A DNA stretch of 64,000 bases, taken from assembly GCA_963740355.1 (NCBI GenBank), contig CAVUDW010000002.1, forward strand, positions 32,001-96,000. Reading direction: 5' to 3'. Origin of the DNA: an uncultured Gemmatimonadaceae bacterium (GTDB taxonomy: Bacteria; Gemmatimonadota; Gemmatimonadetes; Gemmatimonadales; Gemmatimonadaceae). This document shows positions 59,839 through 64,000 of the stretch, piece by piece (the stretch's first letter is position 1; every line of letters begins with the position of its first letter). Position numbers and translations under genes: made by a program. Under the pieces are notes generated by a model, which worked only from the letters and a program-made list of their open reading frames with translations, ran no database searches and was not told the DNA's origin.

Positions 59839-60618
59839 ATGCCCGGTTTTGCGAGTCTTGCACGTGAGTGGTGGATGCCTGTGCTGTTCGTGCTGGTTGC
59901 AGGTCACCTGACCAACATCTGCGTCACGTTGTTCCTGCATCGGGAGCAGACCCATCGCGGCGTGCGGTTTTCGTCGCTGGTATCGTTGCCGATGCGGGTC
60001 TGGCTGTGGATGAGCACCGCGACGGTGACCAAGGAGTGGGTCGCGTGTCACCGGAAACACCATGCGTTTGCCGATCGCGAGGGCGACCCGCATTCACCGG
60101 TGGTGGAAGGGCTGCGCAACATCGTGGTGAAGGGCGCCTTCTACTACCGAAAGGCCGTGCGTCAGCCGGGAATCCTCGAGAAGTACGGCAAGGGCACCCC
60201 TTCGGACTGGATCGAGCGGCACCTGCTGACACGCCATAGCTCGCTTGGAATCATCGTGATGCTGGCGGTGGACCTGTACCTGTTCGGCTTCTTCGTCGGT
60301 GGCATCGTCTGGGGGCTGCAGATGATCTGGATTCCCTTCTGGGCAGCGGGAATCATCAACGGTGTGGGGCACGCCGTGGGGTACCGCAATCACGAAGTGA
60401 AGGATGAGAGCCGGAACATCATCCCGATCGGCATCATGATTGCAGGCGAGGAACTGCACAACAATCATCATGCCGACCCGCATTCCGCGAAGTTTTCACA
60501 TCGCTGGTTCGAGTTCGACATCGGTTGGATGTACATCACGCTGCTGTCGTGGCTGGGTCTGGCCGAGGTGAAGTACGCGCACGGCAGTGCGACGAGCCAG
60601 GTCGTGAGCGGCGACTGA
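59839..60618 (+). CDS. desA: Fatty acid (acyl-CoA delta-9-type) desaturase
   Basis: His boxes HREQTH, HRKHH, HNNHH. DPHSP, WFEFDIGW. Confidence 0.92.
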   Translation: MPGFASLAREWWMPVLFVLVAGHLTNICVTLFLHREQTHRGVRFSSLVSLPMRVWLWMSTATVTKEWVACHRKHHAFADREGDPHSPVVEGLRNIVVKGAFYYRKAVRQPGILEKYGKGTPSDWIERHLLTRHSSLGIIVMLAVDLYLFGFFVGGIVWGLQMIWIPFWAAGIINGVGHAVGYRNHEVKDESRNIIPIGIMIAGEELHNNHHADPHSAKFSHRWFEFDIGWMYITLLSWLGLAEVKYAHGSATSQVVSGD

Positions 60619-60747
60619 CGCGTTCATGAACTTCGGCAGGTCCTGCGGGCGGGTGGTCGTGGGTTGTCCCACTGGCTGCTCGCCCGCATCATCTTTCATG
60701 GATCCCGCTGGCGCACTCGCCAGCGGTTCCTCTTTCCCGAGTGAGCC

Positions 60748-61026
60748 GTGCCCGACCTGACCTGTAGCCGCTGCGGCACCACGCGCGCTGGCTTTGAACG
60801 TCCGCCGTTTCCCGGCGCCATTGGCCAGCGTGTGCTGGCCGAGATCTGCCAGGTGTGCTGGGGTGACTGGCTGAAGCAGCAGACGATGCTGATCAACCAC
60901 TACGGCTTGAACGTGATGGATCCGCAGTCACGCCAGTTCCTGATGAAGAACATGAGTTCATTCCTGTTCAAGTCCGGGGACAGCGCCGAGATCGACACCA
61001 CCAAACAGGGGACGATCAGCCACTGA
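60748..61026 (+). CDS. yggX: Fe(II)-trafficking / oxidative damage protection protein
   Basis: C..C, PPFPG.IGQR....IC..CW..WL..QTMLINHY.L. Confidence 0.9.
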   Translation: MPDLTCSRCGTTRAGFERPPFPGAIGQRVLAEICQVCWGDWLKQQTMLINHYGLNVMDPQSRQFLMKNMSSFLFKSGDSAEIDTTKQGTISH

Positions 61027-62828
61027 TGCGACGACTTCTGCGCACGACCGCTGCGGCGGCGCTGTTCCTGCCGTCACTTCTTTCGGCGCAGCGCGCCGCG
61101 CCACCGGTCTCCAGTGCGCGGGAGAGTCCGTGGGTGCGCTCGACTCTGGCGTCCATGACGCTCCGCCAGAAGGTGGGGCAGATGGTCTGGCCGAGTGTCT
61201 TTGGTGACTACGCGTCCTCCGGCGACTCGGCGTGGACGAGGCTTCGCAGCTGGATCGTGGATGATCAGGTCGGCGGCTTCACGATGTCGATCGGCAGCCC
61301 GATGGAAATTGCGGCGAAGCTGAATGCCATGCAGCGGATGGCCCGTGTGCCGTTGCTGGTGGGCGCGGACCTCGAGGCGGGGGCGGGATTTCGAGCAAGT
61401 GGTGGCTATTTCCTGCCGAACGCGATCGATCTCGGCGGGGCGACGCTGTTTCCGCCGCTGATGGCGCTGGGCGCTACGCGTGATACAGCGCTTGCATATG
61501 CATATGGACGTGCGACGGCGGTCGAGGGGCGCGCGCTTGGCATTCACATCGTGTACGGGCCGGTGCTGGATGTGAACAACAACGCGGCCAATCCCGTGAT
61601 CAACGTGCGCAGCTTCGGCGAAGACCCGATGTGGGTCAGTCGCCTCGGTGCGGCATTCGTGCGCGGTGTCCAGGACAATGGCATGATCGCCACCGGCAAA
61701 CATTTTCCGGGACATGGCGACACCGATGTGAACTCACATCTGGCGCTGCCAGTGGTGACGGCATCGCGGGCGCGGCTCGATTCAGTGGAGTTGCCGCCGT
61801 TTCGTGCGAGCATTGCTGCGGGTGTGGGCGCGATCATGACGTTTCACGGGAGCATGCCGGCGCTCGATTCAACGGGTGTGCCTGGCACACTGTCGCCCGC
61901 CGTGCTCACCGGACTGTTGCGTAAGGAGATGGGTTTTGGCGGCTTGATCATCTCCGACGCGATGGACATGCGCGGCGTCCTCGATCGCTATGGTGCGGTC
62001 GAGGCGGCGAAGCTGGCGGTCCTGGCGGGCGCTGACATCCTCATCCAGCCGGAGAATGTGGCGCAGACAATCGATGCGGTTGTGGCCGGGGTGACGGAGG
62101 GGCGGATTTCGCAGGCACGTATCGATGCGGCTGTCATGCGCATCCTTGCAGCCAAGGCACGGCTCGGCCTGCCGCGCGGTGCACAGGTCGACCTGGCCTC
62201 GGTTCGCGCGCTCGTCGGTGACACGACAAACCGACGTTTATCTGAGCGCATTGCCGCACGCGCATTGACGCTGGTGCGGGATTCGGCGCAGTTGTTGCCG
62301 CTGGCGACGACCGCGCCAATGGCGTCGCGGCGGATTTTGCATATCGTGGTAGCACGAAGCACGAACCTTGGTGCCGGAACGACATTTGCTTCGGCGCTGG
62401 GGCGGACGGCGGGACGAGTGCGGACGGTGGTGCTGCATCCGGATGATCCGTTTGTTGATCCGGCGCGCCTTTTGCCGCTGGTGGATTCATCGGACGTGGT
62501 GCTGATGGGCTCCTACCTTGCGCAGCAGTGGGATCAGGCGTCGGCAGGTGTGCCCGATGGGCTTGGTGCCCTAGTGAATGCAATTCAGGCCAAGGGCAAG
62601 CCACTGATTGTGATTGGCTTCGGAAACCCGTACCTTGGGTCGCAGTTGCCGCAGGTCGGATCGTATCTGATTGCGTGGAATGGCAGTCGGGCGTCGCAAC
62701 TGGCGGCGGCACGGGCGGTCTTGGGACAGCAGGTGTTCAATCGCTATATTCCGATAACGATGTCGAAATCTGGCGGATCGCCAGCGAGCGGCACCCCCCT
62801 CCGAACACCGGCAGCCACACCGCGCTGA
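61026..62828 (+). CDS. GH3 beta-N-acetylglucosaminidase
   Basis: NPVINVRSFGED, KHFPGHGDTDVNSH, ISDAMDM. Signal peptide. Confidence 0.92.
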   Translation: MRRLLRTTAAAALFLPSLLSAQRAAPPVSSARESPWVRSTLASMTLRQKVGQMVWPSVFGDYASSGDSAWTRLRSWIVDDQVGGFTMSIGSPMEIAAKLNAMQRMARVPLLVGADLEAGAGFRASGGYFLPNAIDLGGATLFPPLMALGATRDTALAYAYGRATAVEGRALGIHIVYGPVLDVNNNAANPVINVRSFGEDPMWVSRLGAAFVRGVQDNGMIATGKHFPGHGDTDVNSHLALPVVTASRARLDSVELPPFRASIAAGVGAIMTFHGSMPALDSTGVPGTLSPAVLTGLLRKEMGFGGLIISDAMDMRGVLDRYGAVEAAKLAVLAGADILIQPENVAQTIDAVVAGVTEGRISQARIDAAVMRILAAKARLGLPRGAQVDLASVRALVGDTTNRRLSERIAARALTLVRDSAQLLPLATTAPMASRRILHIVVARSTNLGAGTTFASALGRTAGRVRTVVLHPDDPFVDPARLLPLVDSSDVVLMGSYLAQQWDQASAGVPDGLGALVNAIQAKGKPLIVIGFGNPYLGSQLPQVGSYLIAWNGSRASQLAAARAVLGQQVFNRYIPITMSKSGGSPASGTPLRTPAATPR

Positions 62829-62888
62829 CTGCCAATCGACCGCTCACTCGGAGCGAGTTCGATCCCGGGCGCGAAGGACGATGTGGGA

Positions 62889-63539
62889 ATGCGCAATCTT
62901 TTCTCTCTGGATATGGTGCTGCTCTCGCCTCGTGACGGCGAGTGGTTCGTCTGCACCTCGGCTGGTGCCAAAGGCGCGCGTGCAGCGGCGCGGACACTGC
63001 CATTCATCGGCGTAACGAAGGCGCCGAATGAGGCGCTACCAACGTTGGCGAAGTCACTGGCCACCAAGACGGTGGGTGCGGCTCCTCGCTGGATGACGCA
63101 GGTTGGTGCGTTCTCAGAAGGCACACACCCAGCGGACACGCCGATCTCAATTGCGTTCGTGGCGGTGTACCCGGATGGGACGGTGCACGACGATGAAGGG
63201 TGGGTGCGGGCGGAGTCGGCGGTGTTGCCGCCACGCCAGAAGGCGTTGCTGAAGGCGACACTCGGCATGCTGAAGCATGCAGTGGAGCATGAGCCGATCG
63301 CGTTCCATGCGCTGCCGACGACGTTCACGCTGCGTGAACTGCAGCAGGTGTACGAACTGCTGCTGGAGCGTCCGTTGCACAAGGCGAGCTTCCGTCGGTC
63401 GCTGCATGCAGCGCACCTCGTGGAGCCGACGAAGGCATGGCGTGCGGAAGGCCGCGGCCGTCCGGCGCAGCTCTACAAGTTTGCACCGCGTCGTCGCCGT
63501 GGTGCGGTGCGCGGTGTGCGGTTCGAACTGGCGCGCTGA
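62889..63539 (+). CDS. NrtR-like regulator (degenerate Nudix plus winged helix)
   Basis: LP..FTLRELQQVYELLL...L.KASFRR...GRPAQLYKF. Confidence 0.85.
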   Translation: MRNLFSLDMVLLSPRDGEWFVCTSAGAKGARAAARTLPFIGVTKAPNEALPTLAKSLATKTVGAAPRWMTQVGAFSEGTHPADTPISIAFVAVYPDGTVHDDEGWVRAESAVLPPRQKALLKATLGMLKHAVEHEPIAFHALPTTFTLRELQQVYELLLERPLHKASFRRSLHAAHLVEPTKAWRAEGRGRPAQLYKFAPRRRRGAVRGVRFELAR

Positions 63540-63580
63540 GGGTTTGGTCGCGGCGCACGCCGCGACCAGGTGGCGGGCAG

Positions 63581-63620
63581 CAAAACGGGCCGGTGATCTG
63601 ATGATCACCGGCCCGTTTTG
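63581..63620. terminator. Bidirectional intrinsic terminator
   Basis: CAAAACGGGCCGGTGATC-TGAT-GATCACCGGCCCGTTTTG between convergent genes. Confidence 0.85.
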
Positions 63621-63646
63621 TCATATATCAGAAGCTTAGTACCCGC

Positions 63647-63853
63647 TCAGACCTTGGTGACAGCGTCAGCCTGCGGACCCTTCTGCCCTTGGACAATCTC
63701 GAACTCGACTTTGTCGCCTTCAGCCAGGGATTTGAACCCCTGGGATTGGATCGCGCTGAAATGGACGAACACGTCCGGGCCACCCTCATGAGCGATGAAC
63801 CCAAAACCCTTTGCATCGTTAAACCACTTAACCGTTCCCTGAATCCGTGCCAT
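63647..63853 (-). CDS. cspA: Cold-shock protein
   Basis: [32 protein letters not shown] before ATG 63853. Confidence 0.96.
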   Translation of the reverse strand: MARIQGTVKWFNDAKGFGFIAHEGGPDVFVHFSAIQSQGFKSLAEGDKVEFEIVQGQKGPQADAVTKV

Positions 63854-64000
63854 GATGTGGCTCCTCGCGTCCCGCCGGTCTTGCATTAAAGCGCGAGCGA
63901 CGAACCGTCCCTCGTGCAACGCGACGACACACCAGCGGTGAAGTGTCAGCGCGCGATCTCGCACAGAATCTCCGTGCATGAAACAGGCCGCGGCGTCGGG

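Noticed and set aside
1..64000. CRISPR arrays, IS/transposases, integrases, tRNA/rRNA, defence systems
   Set aside because: No repeat-spacer periodicity, recombinase/transposase motifs or RNA-gene signatures were recognised by eye. A covariance-model scan was not possible.

Overview
High-GC chromosomal core region with no tRNA/rRNA, CRISPR array, IS or prophage that I can support. Gene content and style suggest a Gemmatimonadota (Gemmatimonas-like) genome; this is an inference. Left to right: a partial acyltransferase, an MFS transporter, a lipoprotein, a nucleoside-type ABC operon with an embedded Nif3 gene, parB-parA with two parS sites, hydrolases, ArsC/YffB, a DUF481 barrel, MarR, murB, an M16 peptidase pair, a complete his operon (hisG-D-C-H-A-B-F-N-IE) with an unannotated His6 leader-peptide attenuator, a blue-copper lipoprotein, a Wzc-like pseudokinase, an HD/small alarmone hydrolase-like gene, ispG, a divergent argR-G-H / argC-B-D cluster with ARG boxes, a PafA-type phosphatase, an Smr protein, an M28 peptidase, an [FeFe]-hydrogenase/Nar1-fold orphan facing away from moeZ, pntAA-AB-B, a six-gene DUF4402-type chaperone-usher-like pilus locus, a desaturase, yggX, a GH3 enzyme, an NrtR-like regulator and a cold-shock gene. 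The most interesting signals are: (1) the non-canonical pilus locus, whose subunit N-termini suggest shaft, tip and terminator roles; (2) the leaderless His6 attenuator; (3) the catalytically degenerate [FeFe]-hydrogenase-fold protein; (4) a dispersed 27-bp palindrome in intergenic regions; (5) three +1 frameshifts that probably reflect sequencing errors. All product calls come from motif recognition by eye, not database searches.
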